Below are positions 1 to 10,637 of a stretch of 52,758 nucleotides of DNA, one piece after another. Under the pieces are notes generated by a model. That model saw only the letters and a program-made list of their open reading frames with translations, was not told the origin of the DNA and did no database searches. Origin of the DNA: Candidatus Binatia bacterium (GTDB lineage: Bacteria > Desulfobacterota > Binatia > Bin18). A program made the position numbers and the translations under genes. The stretch's first letter is position 1; the number at the start of each line of letters is the position of its first letter. The stretch lies in NCBI GenBank assembly GCA_963666315.2, contig CAXXHG010000031.1, positions 1-52,758 of the forward strand. Direction: 5' to 3'.

Positions 1-1
1 G

Positions 2-1000
2 GTCAAATACGAAGGGATTCCAACCTTTGCTATCCGCGGGGAAAACAATAAGACTTACTATAAGCATCTGCATCAAGTCCTGGCCCATAAACCAACCCTA
101 ACCCTGGATGACGGAGCGGACCTCGTCTCTCTGCTGCATACCGATAAGACGTATGCAGACCGCATTGATCAGATGTGTGCCAGTACGGAAGAAACAACCA
201 CCGGGGTGATCCGGCTGCGGTCTATGGAAAAACACGGCGTCCTCAAGTTCCCCGTCATTGCTGTGAACGACGCTACCACTAAGCATTTGTTTGATAATCG
301 CTACGGGACCGGGCAATCGACCCTTGATGGCGTTCTGCGGGCAACGAATATTCTCTTGTCCGGTACGGTGGTTGTTGTCGCTGGCTATGGCTGGTGCGGC
401 AAAGGAGTGGCGGGCCGCGCCCGGGGCATGGGGTCACAGGTCATCGTAACGGAAGTCGATCCCATCCGTGGGCTGGAGGCTGCCATGGATGGCTTCCAGG
501 TGATGCCGATGCGGGAAGCCGCACGCGCAGGCGGCCTCTTTATTTCAGTGACCGGCGATACCGGCGTACTGCGTAAAGAGCATTTCCTGCGTATGCAAGA
601 TGGTGCCATCCTGTGTAACGCTGGACATTTCGACGTTGAGATTGATATCAAGGCCCTAAAAAAAATGGCCAAAAAAGTCGAGAAAAACGTCCGGAAAAAT
701 ATGGACGGCTATCATCTTGCCAACGGGCGCTGTCTGTATGTGCTTGCCGAAGGTCGACTCGTCAATCTTGCGGCAGCTGAGGGGCATCCCCCAACGGTTA
801 TGGATATGAGCTTTGCCACCCAAGCCCTGACTGTACGCTGGGCTGTCGAGCAAAAGCGATTGACCCCGCAAGTTCATGACGTACCTGAAGAAATTGAAGA
901 CCAGGTTTCGGCCCTCAAGCTTGCAAGCATGAACATCCAGATTGATCGACTCACTCCCGAGCAGCGGCGCTATCTTGCATCCTGGGAATTTGGGACATAA
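2..1000 (+). CDS. ahcY: Adenosylhomocysteinase (SAH hydrolase), 5'-truncated by the window edge
   Basis: Frame is open from position 2 ([14 protein letters not shown]...LDDGADL). Motifs [53 protein letters not shown]. Confidence 0.97.
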   Translation, partial: VKYEGIPTFAIRGENNKTYYKHLHQVLAHKPTLTLDDGADLVSLLHTDKTYADRIDQMCASTEETTTGVIRLRSMEKHGVLKFPVIAVNDATTKHLFDNRYGTGQSTLDGVLRATNILLSGTVVVVAGYGWCGKGVAGRARGMGSQVIVTEVDPIRGLEAAMDGFQVMPMREAARAGGLFISVTGDTGVLRKEHFLRMQDGAILCNAGHFDVEIDIKALKKMAKKVEKNVRKNMDGYHLANGRCLYVLAEGRLVNLAAAEGHPPTVMDMSFATQALTVRWAVEQKRLTPQVHDVPEEIEDQVSALKLASMNIQIDRLTPEQRRYLASWEFGT

Positions 1001-1009
1001 ACTCTACTC

Positions 1010-2170
1010 ATGGGTGGTGGGGCGTTGCGTTGGGGACTAAGCGGTTTTCTGCTGTTATGTCTAGCAAAAGCCGCTTTTGCACTCTCCCCGGCCCCACCCA
1101 TTCTCGAAGAGATCCGCTATATATCTGTCCCCGATTATACTCGGGTGATTATTACGCTCTCGGCTAAGGCGGACTATCACCACTTCACCGTACCAGTAGA
1201 TCGCGCGCATGATCGTCCGCCGCGCATCGTCATCGACTTCTCCCCAGCTCGAATCGGGCCCAGCACCTCCGCACCCACCCCCATCCATGACGGTCTCTTA
1301 AAACGCATTCGAACCGGTCAGTTCTCCCCCGCGACAGCCCGCGTTGTGCTCGACCTTGAGCCGATTGAGAGTTACACTGCCTTTCCCCTCTACTCGCCCT
1401 ATCGCCTCATTATTGATGTCAAAGGCAAGACCAAGAAAACGGTCCTCCGGCGACAGCAGCCTCCTCGTGCCCGCTACAAGATCATGATCGATCCGGGGCA
1501 TGGCGGCCGTGACCCGGGTGCTGTCGGCATCGGTGGTCTGGAGGAGAAAACGGTCGTACTGGCCATCAGTAAGCGGCTGGGCAAGAAGCTCGTTTCTCGC
1601 CTGCCCGTCGAGGTTGTCTACACGCGAGAGAAAGATGCATTTATTCCTCTTCCAGAGCGGACGGCTCGGGCCAATGCTGCAGGGGCAGATCTTTTTCTCT
1701 CTATCCACGCCAATGCCAGCAAAAACCCACAAGCCCAAGGCGTGGAAACCTATTATCTCAACAACACGAATGATCGGGCGACCATTCGTCTCGCAAGTCT
1801 GGAGAACGGCCTGCGGGATGTACAGCCGGCCGAACAAAAGGAAAGCCAGTTGTCTTATATTCTGAGCGACCTGATTCAAAATGGAAAAGCTGAAGAGTCG
1901 CTCTCGCTTGCGCACGCCCTGCAAACATCTATGATAACCCACGTATCAAAACGACACTCCCACGTCCGCAATCTCGGGGTGAAGAAGGGGCCGTTCTACG
2001 TGTTGGTCGGAGCACATATGCCGTGCGTATTAGTCGAAGTGTCGTTTCTTACCCACCGGCTGCAGGGCAAGCTGCTGCGCTCCTCCGTCTACCGAGAAGC
2101 CATCGCAGAAGGACTCTTTCAAGGTATTGCCCGCTTTATGCGCGACGGGCAACACACAGAAGGACTCTAA
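1010..2170 (+). CDS. N-acetylmuramoyl-L-alanine amidase (signal peptide + AMIN + Amidase_3), AmiC-like
   Basis: IDPGHGGRDPGA, EKTVVL, SIHANA, VLVEVSFLT motifs; AMIN-like RIVIDF/RVVLDL repeats. Confidence 0.93.
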   Translation: MGGGALRWGLSGFLLLCLAKAAFALSPAPPILEEIRYISVPDYTRVIITLSAKADYHHFTVPVDRAHDRPPRIVIDFSPARIGPSTSAPTPIHDGLLKRIRTGQFSPATARVVLDLEPIESYTAFPLYSPYRLIIDVKGKTKKTVLRRQQPPRARYKIMIDPGHGGRDPGAVGIGGLEEKTVVLAISKRLGKKLVSRLPVEVVYTREKDAFIPLPERTARANAAGADLFLSIHANASKNPQAQGVETYYLNNTNDRATIRLASLENGLRDVQPAEQKESQLSYILSDLIQNGKAEESLSLAHALQTSMITHVSKRHSHVRNLGVKKGPFYVLVGAHMPCVLVEVSFLTHRLQGKLLRSSVYREAIAEGLFQGIARFMRDGQHTEGL

Positions 2171-2185
2171 GAGAAGTCGTGTCAT

Positions 2186-4903
2186 ATGAATAGCCCGGCG
2201 TTGCCGTCCGACCAGCTTCCGATTGACCTCCCCCCCCTGCCGTCAGCAGATCCTGATGTTGAGATCGATCCGAATTGGGATCTGCATCAGCTTGCCAAGA
2301 CCTACCGCACGCGCATCTACGAAATTCTGGATCAACACCAGGCAAACGGCAGCAGTGGACGGACGGTTGTTCAGCTCCATACGGCTCTCATGGATCAGCT
2401 TGTGACCTACTTTTTTATGGCCGCAACGCGTCTCTACGCGCGTCGCTATCCCAGCCTCAGCCAACGGTGCAGTGTCTTTGCTCAAGGGGGATATGGTCGA
2501 AGGGAGCTGAGCCCTCATTCAGATATCGATTTATTATTTCTCTACCATTGGAAAATCACTCCATATGCCGAGACCGTTTGGGAGACCATTTATTACAGCC
2601 TCGTGGACGCAGGCTGGACAGTCGGACATGCCGTTCGGAATATGCGCGAATGTCTCCGTCTCGCCGCTAAAGACTTAGAAATCAAGACGGCACTGCTCGA
2701 CAGTCGCTATCTGTGTGGCGAGAAGTCCTTGGCCCAAGAGTTTCAGTCGGCAATAGCCCGAGAGCTCATGGGGAAACGGACCGAACAGTTTTTCCAGGCC
2801 AAAGCCCGAGAAAGTCAGACACGTCACCAACGCTATGGAGCATCCCTGTATCTTCTCGAACCAAACCTGAAAGAGGGTTGTGGAGGCCTACGCGACCTGC
2901 ATACCGCCTGGTGGCTGGCTAAAGTAAAGTTTAAACTCCAAAACCTCAGAGAGCTCGTCACCAAAGGAATTGTCCCACAATCGACGATTGAAGAAGTGGA
3001 AACTGCGCAGGATTTCTTGTGGCGTGTCCGTAATGGTCTCCACCTTCTCGACCGTACAGAACAAGATCAGCTCACATTTGAACACCAAGATCAGCTGGCC
3101 TCGACACTCGGATACATAGACACCATAGGCTTTATGCGCATGTATTATCAGCATGCCACAACTGTTTATGATTTCGCACAATTAATGTTTGAGCGCTGTT
3201 TGAGCACAGCACGACTCTTCAACTTCTTGGGTCGTCCGCGCGGGCGTGACATTCGGGACGGGGTACGGATTGTTGAGAACAGCTTGCATATCACCAAAGT
3301 CGAGATCCTCACTCAGGAGCCGCTTAATGTCGTTACCATCTTTCATGACGCCCAACGCCACGGGGTACAATGTACGCGAGAAACCAAGCAATTCATCCGT
3401 ACTGCCCTAACTCAGATTTCTCCACACACGGCCAGTCAGCCCGCGCTACGAGACGCATTCTTCGCTATTCTCGCGTGGAAGCAACGGGTCGCGCCAACCA
3501 TACGAGAGATGCACGAAGCACGTGTTCTGGAATGGCTCTTGCCGGAGTTTGGGCATTTACGCTGGCGCACCCAACGTGACCTGTACCATATTTACGCCGT
3601 TGACGAGCACACCCTACACGCCGTTGCCGAACTCGAACGACTACGGGACGGCGATTATAAAGAAGACCTGCCGCTCCTCACCCAAGTCATGCGCGAGATC
3701 GACCGTGTTGATCTCTTATTCCTATCCATGCTCTTTCATGATGTGGGCAAAGGGTATGGGGTCGAACACGACGCTCGGAGTGCGGAAATGGTAGAGACTG
3801 CGGCCACCCGCTGGCAACTCCCTCGAGACGATGCACACGAGTGGGAAATCCTCGTACGCCATCACCTCTTTATGTCCCACATCGCCCAAAGGCGCGACCT
3901 TTCAGACGATACCTTGATTGCTGAATTCGCGCGTACAGTAGAGAATTCGGGCTGCTTAAAGAGACTCTATCTGCTCACCTTTGCCGACATGAAAGCCGTC
4001 GGCCCAAAAGTATGGAATAGTTGGAAAGATGGCTTATTGAGTGAACTCTATCTGCGCACCCTTGACCGACTAGAAACTGGCGAACTCGTGGAGGAAGAGC
4101 AAGACGCACGCATACAGCGCCGTAAAGAGCGGCTGAGGCGAACCTTGGTCGCGCAAGCGGATCCTGAACAGGTAGACGGCTTCTTGACCGCTATGCCCGA
4201 TAGCTATTTCTTGACGACTCCGGAAGAGTCGGTCCCGGAGCACTTTCAGCTCATGAGCCGTGTCTCACAAGCGGGGCTTGAGGTCCTTGATGACCCTTAC
4301 CGCGTAAGCCTGAATCACTTCCCAGAGCAGGAGTATAGCGAACTCGCCCTGATCACCCGTGATCGACCAGGGCTATTCGCCCTGCTTGCCGGGGTCCTCG
4401 CCGTCAGTGGGCTGAGTGTCGCCGGAGCACGAATCACGACAAGTCAGCAAGGGATTGCACTCGACGTCTTCCGCCTCTCTCATCTCGATCGTCAAGACGT
4501 CATTCTGTCACCAGACACGTGGGCCCGATTCTACTCGCGTCTCGGGGATGTTTTACGTGGCGAACGTACAGTTGAAGAACTGCTGCAAGCGGCCCGCCCA
4601 CCCGCGTTTCTCAAGCGTCTGCGCCCTCATCTGAAGACAGAAGTCACGATAGACAACACGACTTCTTCAACCTACACGCTGGTCGATATCACCGCCCTGG
4701 ACCGGACTGGATTGTTATTTAGTGTGACCTATGCGCTCTTCCAGCTCGGGCTGGTCATTCATCTGGCGAAAATCACGACCAACGTCGATCAGGTCCTTGA
4801 TGTCTTCTATGTCACCGATGTGACAGGAGCAAAAGTTGGAGACCCCGAGCGTTTAACCGCAGCGCTATACAGTCGTCTGATCACTGACGAAGAGGCTGCG
4901 TGA
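2186..4903 (+). CDS. glnD: [Protein-PII] uridylyltransferase/uridylyl-removing enzyme
   Basis: GGYGRRELSPHSDIDLLFL NTase motif, EPNLKEGCGGLRD, HIYAVDEH and FHDVGKG HD domain, two C-terminal ACT domains (DRPGL, DRTGLL, DVFYV). Confidence 0.96.
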   Translation: MNSPALPSDQLPIDLPPLPSADPDVEIDPNWDLHQLAKTYRTRIYEILDQHQANGSSGRTVVQLHTALMDQLVTYFFMAATRLYARRYPSLSQRCSVFAQGGYGRRELSPHSDIDLLFLYHWKITPYAETVWETIYYSLVDAGWTVGHAVRNMRECLRLAAKDLEIKTALLDSRYLCGEKSLAQEFQSAIARELMGKRTEQFFQAKARESQTRHQRYGASLYLLEPNLKEGCGGLRDLHTAWWLAKVKFKLQNLRELVTKGIVPQSTIEEVETAQDFLWRVRNGLHLLDRTEQDQLTFEHQDQLASTLGYIDTIGFMRMYYQHATTVYDFAQLMFERCLSTARLFNFLGRPRGRDIRDGVRIVENSLHITKVEILTQEPLNVVTIFHDAQRHGVQCTRETKQFIRTALTQISPHTASQPALRDAFFAILAWKQRVAPTIREMHEARVLEWLLPEFGHLRWRTQRDLYHIYAVDEHTLHAVAELERLRDGDYKEDLPLLTQVMREIDRVDLLFLSMLFHDVGKGYGVEHDARSAEMVETAATRWQLPRDDAHEWEILVRHHLFMSHIAQRRDLSDDTLIAEFARTVENSGCLKRLYLLTFADMKAVGPKVWNSWKDGLLSELYLRTLDRLETGELVEEEQDARIQRRKERLRRTLVAQADPEQVDGFLTAMPDSYFLTTPEESVPEHFQLMSRVSQAGLEVLDDPYRVSLNHFPEQEYSELALITRDRPGLFALLAGVLAVSGLSVAGARITTSQQGIALDVFRLSHLDRQDVILSPDTWARFYSRLGDVLRGERTVEELLQAARPPAFLKRLRPHLKTEVTIDNTTSSTYTLVDITALDRTGLLFSVTYALFQLGLVIHLAKITTNVDQVLDVFYVTDVTGAKVGDPERLTAALYSRLITDEEAA

Positions 4904-5829
4904 CCCCATTGTCCATCTCAAACAAAGACACGACCCAGAGCGACGCCCTCCTTGATGCTTATCTGGCTTATTTGACAGTGGAGAAGGGGCTTACGCCTCG
5001 CACAGTGGAGATCTATAGCCGCGATTTGCACCGCTTCTGCCACTACCTGTCTACACAGGAAGTCCCCGATCTGAGAGAAGCGGGTTCCCGTCATTTGGTC
5101 GGCTTTCTCAGCACACTCCGCGAGCACGGGATTTCCACACGTACTCAGGCTCGCGTCTTGTCCGCTCTCAGAGGATTGTACCGCTTCCTGCAACGAGAAA
5201 ACGAACTGCCGGGCAAAAACCCGACCGCGTTATTCCATCTGCCAAAGTTTGGCCGGCGTCTACCGAAAGTCCCATCCCAGGAACAGGTTGGGGCACTCAT
5301 CAAGGTCCCGGATACCAATACCCCCTTGGGCGTGCGGAACCAGACCATGCTTGAAGTTCTGTATGCCACCGGTCTGCGTGTCTCCGAGCTGGTTCGGCTC
5401 GAAGTGTCCCAGGTCAACCTGGAGGCCGGGTTTGTGCGCGTACGCGGCAAAGGCGATAGAGAGCGCGTTGTTCCACTCGGCTCTTGCGCACTCGAACAAC
5501 TCCAGCACTATGTGTCTGCTATACGGCCCATACTACTCAAACACCGATCAAGCTCGTATTTCTTCCTGACTCGCTCAGGAAAACCACTCACCCGTCAGGC
5601 GTTCTGGCTCATTATAAAACAGTGCGCCAAGCAAAGTCCCGCAGGAGGGCCGCTCTCTCCGCATGCCTTGCGACATGCCTTTGCGACCCATCTCCTAGAA
5701 GGTGGAGCCGACCTACGCGCCGTGCAATCCATGCTCGGCCACGTTGATATTGCAACAACGCAAATTTACACCCATCTGACGAGTGAACGTCTGCGTGAAG
5801 TGCATCGCAAATACCATCCGCGCGGCTGA
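4900..5829 (+). CDS. xerD: Site-specific tyrosine recombinase XerD
   Basis: LYATGLRVSEL, GKGDRER, PHALRHAFATHLL, LGHVDIATTQIYTH, C-terminal YHPR. Confidence 0.92.
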   Translation: MTPLSISNKDTTQSDALLDAYLAYLTVEKGLTPRTVEIYSRDLHRFCHYLSTQEVPDLREAGSRHLVGFLSTLREHGISTRTQARVLSALRGLYRFLQRENELPGKNPTALFHLPKFGRRLPKVPSQEQVGALIKVPDTNTPLGVRNQTMLEVLYATGLRVSELVRLEVSQVNLEAGFVRVRGKGDRERVVPLGSCALEQLQHYVSAIRPILLKHRSSSYFFLTRSGKPLTRQAFWLIIKQCAKQSPAGGPLSPHALRHAFATHLLEGGADLRAVQSMLGHVDIATTQIYTHLTSERLREVHRKYHPRG

Positions 5830-5868
5830 CCGCCACGTGGATGGCCGCTTAGCCTCTTTTTAATTTTT
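5824..5868 (+). terminator. Probable intrinsic terminator after xerD
   Basis: Imperfect GC hairpin (ggctga...ttagcc) followed by a T-rich tract, between convergent genes. Confidence 0.4.
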
Positions 5869-7164
5869 AGGCACCGACCTTCTGCACCAGTTCCACGCCG
5901 AACTGCTCAGCCGCATTCCCGCCCAGCATACGGGCGATTGTGGATTCAGCCACGTCTGCCTGGGTGAGGGTCTCGATCGCGTCCCAGGCGCTGGTAGTGT
6001 CATGGTGCGGATAGCGCGAGCCCCAGACGATCTTTTCCGCAAAGTCGTCAGGCAGCTGCTGGATCATCCGCTCCTCAGCGTCAAATCCCAGCATCACGCG
6101 GCCTTCTGCCCACATCTCTTCAGGGTCCGTCCGTACCGGATAGTAGTTGAGCAGGGGAATGGTTTTTCCGGAAGCCTCCATCTTCTCTAAGAGTTCCTCC
6201 ATCCACGACGCTTTGCCGTGCGCTACCACAACTTTCATGCGTGGATAGCGTTGCATCACGGTAAAGCCGACTAACGTGGAGGCCACGAACATATGATTGT
6301 CCAACCAGTAGGACAGGATCGGCGCTATCGGATGGCCTACCGGTGGTGAAGCATAAAAGGTGAAATTTGAGGTGCCATTGCCACCACCGGCGGTGGGACC
6401 GCCGCCAGCATCACTGATGAGTGCGTATTGATTCATCCGACCCTTTATTTTCTCCACGAATGGCCCATGAGAGGTCCATTCCGGGTTCCACAACCCCGGC
6501 GTAGGGTGCACGACGGCGGTCACACCCAAGCTCTCCAGCTCGGCCCACAGCGGGTCGTAGTAGGGGTGGGTGAAGTAGCGCCCTTCGATAAACATGGGCC
6601 GCAGAAAAGCACCCCGGAAGCACGCGATCTTCGAGATCCGGCGCAACTCTTCCAGGGCATAATCCATATGCTGCAGCGGCACCATGGCGGCGGCAAACAG
6701 CCGCTCCGGGTCCGCCCGACAGAAATCGACTATCCAGTTGTTGTAGGCGCGGGCGAGAGCATAGGCCACATCCGGGTCTTCGATCAGATGAAAGCCTTCG
6801 GCGAACCAGGTGGGATACAGGAAGGCGAGGTCCACCCCCATAGCATCCATATCCCGCAGCCGGGCTTGTGAGGGTTGGAAGCACCGGCATTCATCGCATG
6901 GGGAGTATTCGGGTCCAATTCGCCAACCTGATCCCAGGTCATGCCCGGCTTCCAAATGGCGTGCCGGGGAATGTTGGTATTCATCGTGTCCCGGAACATT
7001 TTGCCGTTGACCTTGAGGTAGGAGCCGAACTGCCCGTCTTCCCGCCACAGCGCTGCTTTGCCCAGCGTGCGGTATTCCGGCTCCAAATACTCTTCCCAGA
7101 CCTCGCGCGGCTCGACCACGTGGGTGTCGGTATCAAAGACCGCAAAGCGCTTTGTGGTCGTCAT
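5867..7164 (-). pseudogene. Amidohydrolase_2 family protein split by a frameshift near 6869
   Basis: N-terminus (FDTDTHVVEP...GASNP) is in ORF 6784..7164 and continues as QARLRDMDAMGVD in ORF 5867..7048. The coding strand reads CCT CA CAA GCC, an extra CA. Could be a real lesion or an assembly error. Confidence 0.85.
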
Positions 7165-8618
7165 ACCCGGTCTCCCCCGAGTGCGTGACTATTCACCCGG
7201 TGTGCGCCCTCACCGTAGGTGCGGACGACGGAGGCCTCCGGCTCAAGCGCCCGTTCAATCTCTTGTTCCGTAGGCCACCAGTCCGGCCGCTCAATCTCAG
7301 TGACCCGCTCACGGATGAACGTGTCAGGTGTCTCCACGTTGTACAGTTTGCGCGCGTTCGCGCCGAGGAACTTAGTCTGATAGGACTCCGGTAACGCGTT
7401 TTGGCGCATCGTCTCGATGGCTCGCCACGCATCGTCGCCGTCGTGGTGGTAGATATCCGAAGACCAGGCCAAGATGTTTCCGTAGAACTCAGGCAAACGC
7501 GACGGCGGGGCTTCATCGCCTTCAAAGCCGGTGAGACAGTGCTCGAAGAAGGTCTCGCTTGGCAAGCGCTTTAACGCGGGGAGCTGGCGTTCGTTGCGGT
7601 ACAGCTTGTAGATCTTGTCACACTCATCCAACAAAAAACTCAGCCAGGTGGAGGACGCCTCAAAAACGGCCGCGTTGAGCTTTGGATATTTCTCAAAGAA
7701 GCCCGACATCAACACCAGCGCGACCCACAGGGCCGCTTCGGCTTGGAAGTTTTGGACATTGGTGTGGAATTGATGCGGCAGGCCCGCAGTAATCACTGTC
7801 CGGGCGATCAGTTCCGCACTGGAGTACTGTGCCGTATAGCCCGGGGGCTTGAGCCCGCCGAACGCCGGGAAGGGGTGCATGCCGTATACGACGCCCGTCT
7901 CCTCCATGGCTTGCCACAGCGGCTCATACTTGGGCTGAATCGGATAGTTGCCCATAGCATCAATCGGACGGACAAGGCCCACGCGGCAGCCCTTGGCCGC
8001 CACACGGTACAGCTCTTGCGTTGCGAAGACAGGATCTTGCATGGGCAGCAGAGCCGCAAAGAAAATCCGCTTGGGGTCTGCCTGACAGTAGTCATACGCC
8101 CACTCGTTGTAGGCCTTACACATGGCCCTAGCGCCTACCGCGTTCTGCAGCCACGGATAGGTATCGATATCAGTGGGGATGATCATTACTTGGTCTATGC
8201 CCTGGGTGTCCATGTCGAGCAATCGGGCCTGGGGCTCATAGGAGCCCTTATGGTCCAAATAGTTGGCCTGCTCCTGGGAAATGGCGGTTTTGGGATTGAG
8301 GTTACGGACGTTGAGGGCGCGTTGGATGTTATGCTTGAGACCCGGCCCGGACAGGGAGAGAACATTCACCACGCCCGGCGTTCCGCCGATCCGTTGAGAC
8401 CCGAGACCTGCTCCAGCATGGCCGTTGACAATGAGCTGCTTGGTCTCAGCGTCGAACCACATAGTGGTCTTCAGGGCTTCGAGTTCGTCCTTGGTCAGCC
8501 AGTCCTTGGTCAGCCAGTCCTTGGCCCGCTCCCATATCCAGGGCGGCTCAGTGACATGGGCATCACAGTCAAAGGTGGGGAAGTCCTTGGACATCGGCGC
8601 GAATTTCTGGACTGGCAT
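7161..8618 (-). CDS. Amidohydrolase_2 family metal-dependent hydrolase/decarboxylase
   Basis: FDCDAHVTEP, RLLDMDTQGID, AYNEWAYDYC, YEPLW, GMHP, SSDIYHHD, LGANARKLY; AGGAGG RBS upstream. Confidence 0.9.
   Translation of the reverse strand: MPVQKFAPMSKDFPTFDCDAHVTEPPWIWERAKDWLTKDWLTKDELEALKTTMWFDAETKQLIVNGHAGAGLGSQRIGGTPGVVNVLSLSGPGLKHNIQRALNVRNLNPKTAISQEQANYLDHKGSYEPQARLLDMDTQGIDQVMIIPTDIDTYPWLQNAVGARAMCKAYNEWAYDYCQADPKRIFFAALLPMQDPVFATQELYRVAAKGCRVGLVRPIDAMGNYPIQPKYEPLWQAMEETGVVYGMHPFPAFGGLKPPGYTAQYSSAELIARTVITAGLPHQFHTNVQNFQAEAALWVALVLMSGFFEKYPKLNAAVFEASSTWLSFLLDECDKIYKLYRNERQLPALKRLPSETFFEHCLTGFEGDEAPPSRLPEFYGNILAWSSDIYHHDGDDAWRAIETMRQNALPESYQTKFLGANARKLYNVETPDTFIRERVTEIERPDWWPTEQEIERALEPEASVVRTYGEGAHRVNSHALGGDRV
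8487..8524. repeat. In-frame 15-bp tandem duplication (KDWLT x2)
   Basis: gtccttggtcagcca x2 followed by gtccttgg. Confidence 0.9.
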
Positions 8619-8799
8619 GCTACACCTCCTTTTTAGTCGCTAATCGTACGCTTTTCCGGGTTCAGAGTAGCTCCACAACATTGACTTGTACAGTGAGACG
8701 GTTAAGACGGTGTCATTTCTTAAAAAAAGCCGGTCTAGCGTTGGGAGGAGACCAAGCGTCTCGACGATTTTCCTACTGCACACATCAGAACGTTCCGAC

Positions 8800-9150
8800 T
8801 CATTGTAGTAGTGTCCTTGTTCGAACCGCATGATCAGTAATAACGCAAAACTTTCCCCTCAGCTCTTGCCCCTTTTCAGCAAAAAGCGAAAGGATTCTCA
8901 CGTTGCGTAGCTCTCTATTTTTTATTCGGATGAGGATGATGCCGGGGCTCTGATGACCTGCATGAAAGACCAATGCGCCAAAATCCTTGTCTGCCGTAAG
9001 AATGATTCGATTTTCTTGCTGAGCAAGGACGATGATTTCTGGATCAGGCAACGTATGGTCTATCTCTCGTATCCAGGCGGCGTCATGACCAGCACGGCGA
9101 AGATCCTCAACGAGGCTTCTTGAGACGTTCGCATCGACAAGAATTCTCAC
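8800..9150 (-). CDS. DUF5615/PIN-like toxin (VapC45-type)
   Basis: MRILVDANV, D.EI...A..ENRIILTADKDFG motifs; overlaps the upstream DUF433 gene. Confidence 0.88.
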   Translation of the reverse strand: MRILVDANVSRSLVEDLRRAGHDAAWIREIDHTLPDPEIIVLAQQENRIILTADKDFGALVFHAGHQSPGIILIRIKNRELRNVRILSLFAEKGQELRGKFCVITDHAVRTRTLLQ

Positions 9151-9392
9151 TTCCCTGCCGCCAGCGCCTCTTCGAACAGCTGCTCGCCAGCAACAGAGTC
9201 CCGAGCATAGAAGAGAGCAGCTTGAATATCTTCCTCAGCCAGATCATATTCTGCGATAAGGTCTGCATAGAGAGCTCCGCCAGCAAGTTCTTCAAGAATC
9301 AACTCTACTGAGATTCGGGTCCCTTTAATGACAGGTTTCCCTGTAAGAATCTGCGGATTCACTTCAATGCGTTCTACCCATTGGTTCCCCAT
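9147..9392 (-). CDS. DUF433 antitoxin
   Basis: RIEVNPQILTGKPVIKGTRISVELILE...EDIQAALFYA. Confidence 0.92.
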   Translation of the reverse strand: MGNQWVERIEVNPQILTGKPVIKGTRISVELILEELAGGALYADLIAEYDLAEEDIQAALFYARDSVAGEQLFEEALAAGK

Positions 9393-9501
9393 ACGGCTCT
9401 CTCCTATAGTGGAACAATCACGAGGCTTATCTTAGGACATTCCAATCACTGAGAGCAATCGACTCAGCCGTTACGTACGTCGTGCGGAGGCTGGCACTGC
9501 T

Positions 9502-10596
9502 TTACATCACCACCACACTCCGGGCGACTTCACCTTTCTCCAGGGCGGTCATGGCATCGTTGACTTCGTCGAGCGAGTAGGTCCGGGTGACGAGCTCATC
9601 GATCTTGAGTTTTTTGTTCATATACAGCTGGATCAGCCGTGGTATATCAACCTGAGGACGGCAAGATCCGTACACAGACCCTTTGATAATCTTTTCGGTG
9701 AGCAGACTCGAAGCGGGGATCGTGACCGTATCTTCCCGTGACGGGGCACCAACCACAATGGTGGTGCCACCCTGACGGGCGCAAGCATACGCCTGCTCAA
9801 TCGTTTTACCCAAACCGATGACCTCAAAGGCATAATCGGCACCCCGCTTCTCAGTCAGGCTGCGCACGGTTTTCACCACGTCCTCACGGCTCGGGTTGAT
9901 GGTATGGGTCGCACCAAACTCTTTGGCATACTCCAGCTTATTGTCCATCAGATCCACGGCGATGATCGTCCCTGCTCCGGCCAGGGCACAGCCCTGGATC
10001 ACATTCAGGCCCACACCCCCGCAGCCGATGACAACCGTACTACTGCCTGGTTCAACCTTGGCCGTGTTAATCGCCGCACCGACCCCAGTCATAACACCAC
10101 AGCCCACCAGACAGGCCTTATCGAGAGGCACGTCATCCGGAATTTTGATGCAGGAGATCTCAGGCACAACGGCGAATTGGGCGAAGCTCGACAACCCCGC
10201 CATGTGGTGAATTTCTTTGCCGTCCTTCTTGAGCCGACAGGTGCCGTCGAGCAATGTCCCTTTCCCCATCGTCAGTCGCATATTCACGCACAGCACTGGT
10301 CGCCCAATTGCGCAGTAATAGCAGTGACCACAGTAGGGAGCAAACGACAGCACGACGTGGTCACCAGGTTTGACCAGATTCACGTCCGGACCAATCTCCT
10401 CGACGATACCCGCGCCTTCATGCCCCAGCACGACCGGCAGTCGAGAGCGGAGGACGCCGTGTATGACCGAATAGTCGCTGTGACACACACCATTAGCAAC
10501 AATCTTGACACGCACTTCTCTCGACTTTGGCGCATCAAGATCAACATCTTCGACTTTGAGCAGAGTATTCAGTTCGTATAACACTGCGGCTTTCAT
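9502..10596 (-). CDS. Zn-dependent alcohol dehydrogenase (class III-like MDR)
   Basis: GVCHSD, GHEGAG, CGHCYYC..C structural Zn site, GCGVMTG, GCGGVG. Confidence 0.93.
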   Translation of the reverse strand: MKAAVLYELNTLLKVEDVDLDAPKSREVRVKIVANGVCHSDYSVIHGVLRSRLPVVLGHEGAGIVEEIGPDVNLVKPGDHVVLSFAPYCGHCYYCAIGRPVLCVNMRLTMGKGTLLDGTCRLKKDGKEIHHMAGLSSFAQFAVVPEISCIKIPDDVPLDKACLVGCGVMTGVGAAINTAKVEPGSSTVVIGCGGVGLNVIQGCALAGAGTIIAVDLMDNKLEYAKEFGATHTINPSREDVVKTVRSLTEKRGADYAFEVIGLGKTIEQAYACARQGGTTIVVGAPSREDTVTIPASSLLTEKIIKGSVYGSCRPQVDIPRLIQLYMNKKLKIDELVTRTYSLDEVNDAMTALEKGEVARSVVVM

Positions 10597-10637
10597 AACG
10601 CCCTCCTTTTTTCTCGCTTGCTCGCTGTCTCGTTCCG

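Noticed and set aside
4900-5829. Prophage or integron integrase
   Set aside because: Typical XerD length and motifs, coupled to glnD. No IntI-specific insertion and no phage genes.
7743-8636. Long antisense ORFs (e.g. 7743..8636, 9904..10581, 21592..22428, 34359..34964)
   Set aside because: They are shadows of well-supported genes on the opposite strand and show no recognisable motifs.
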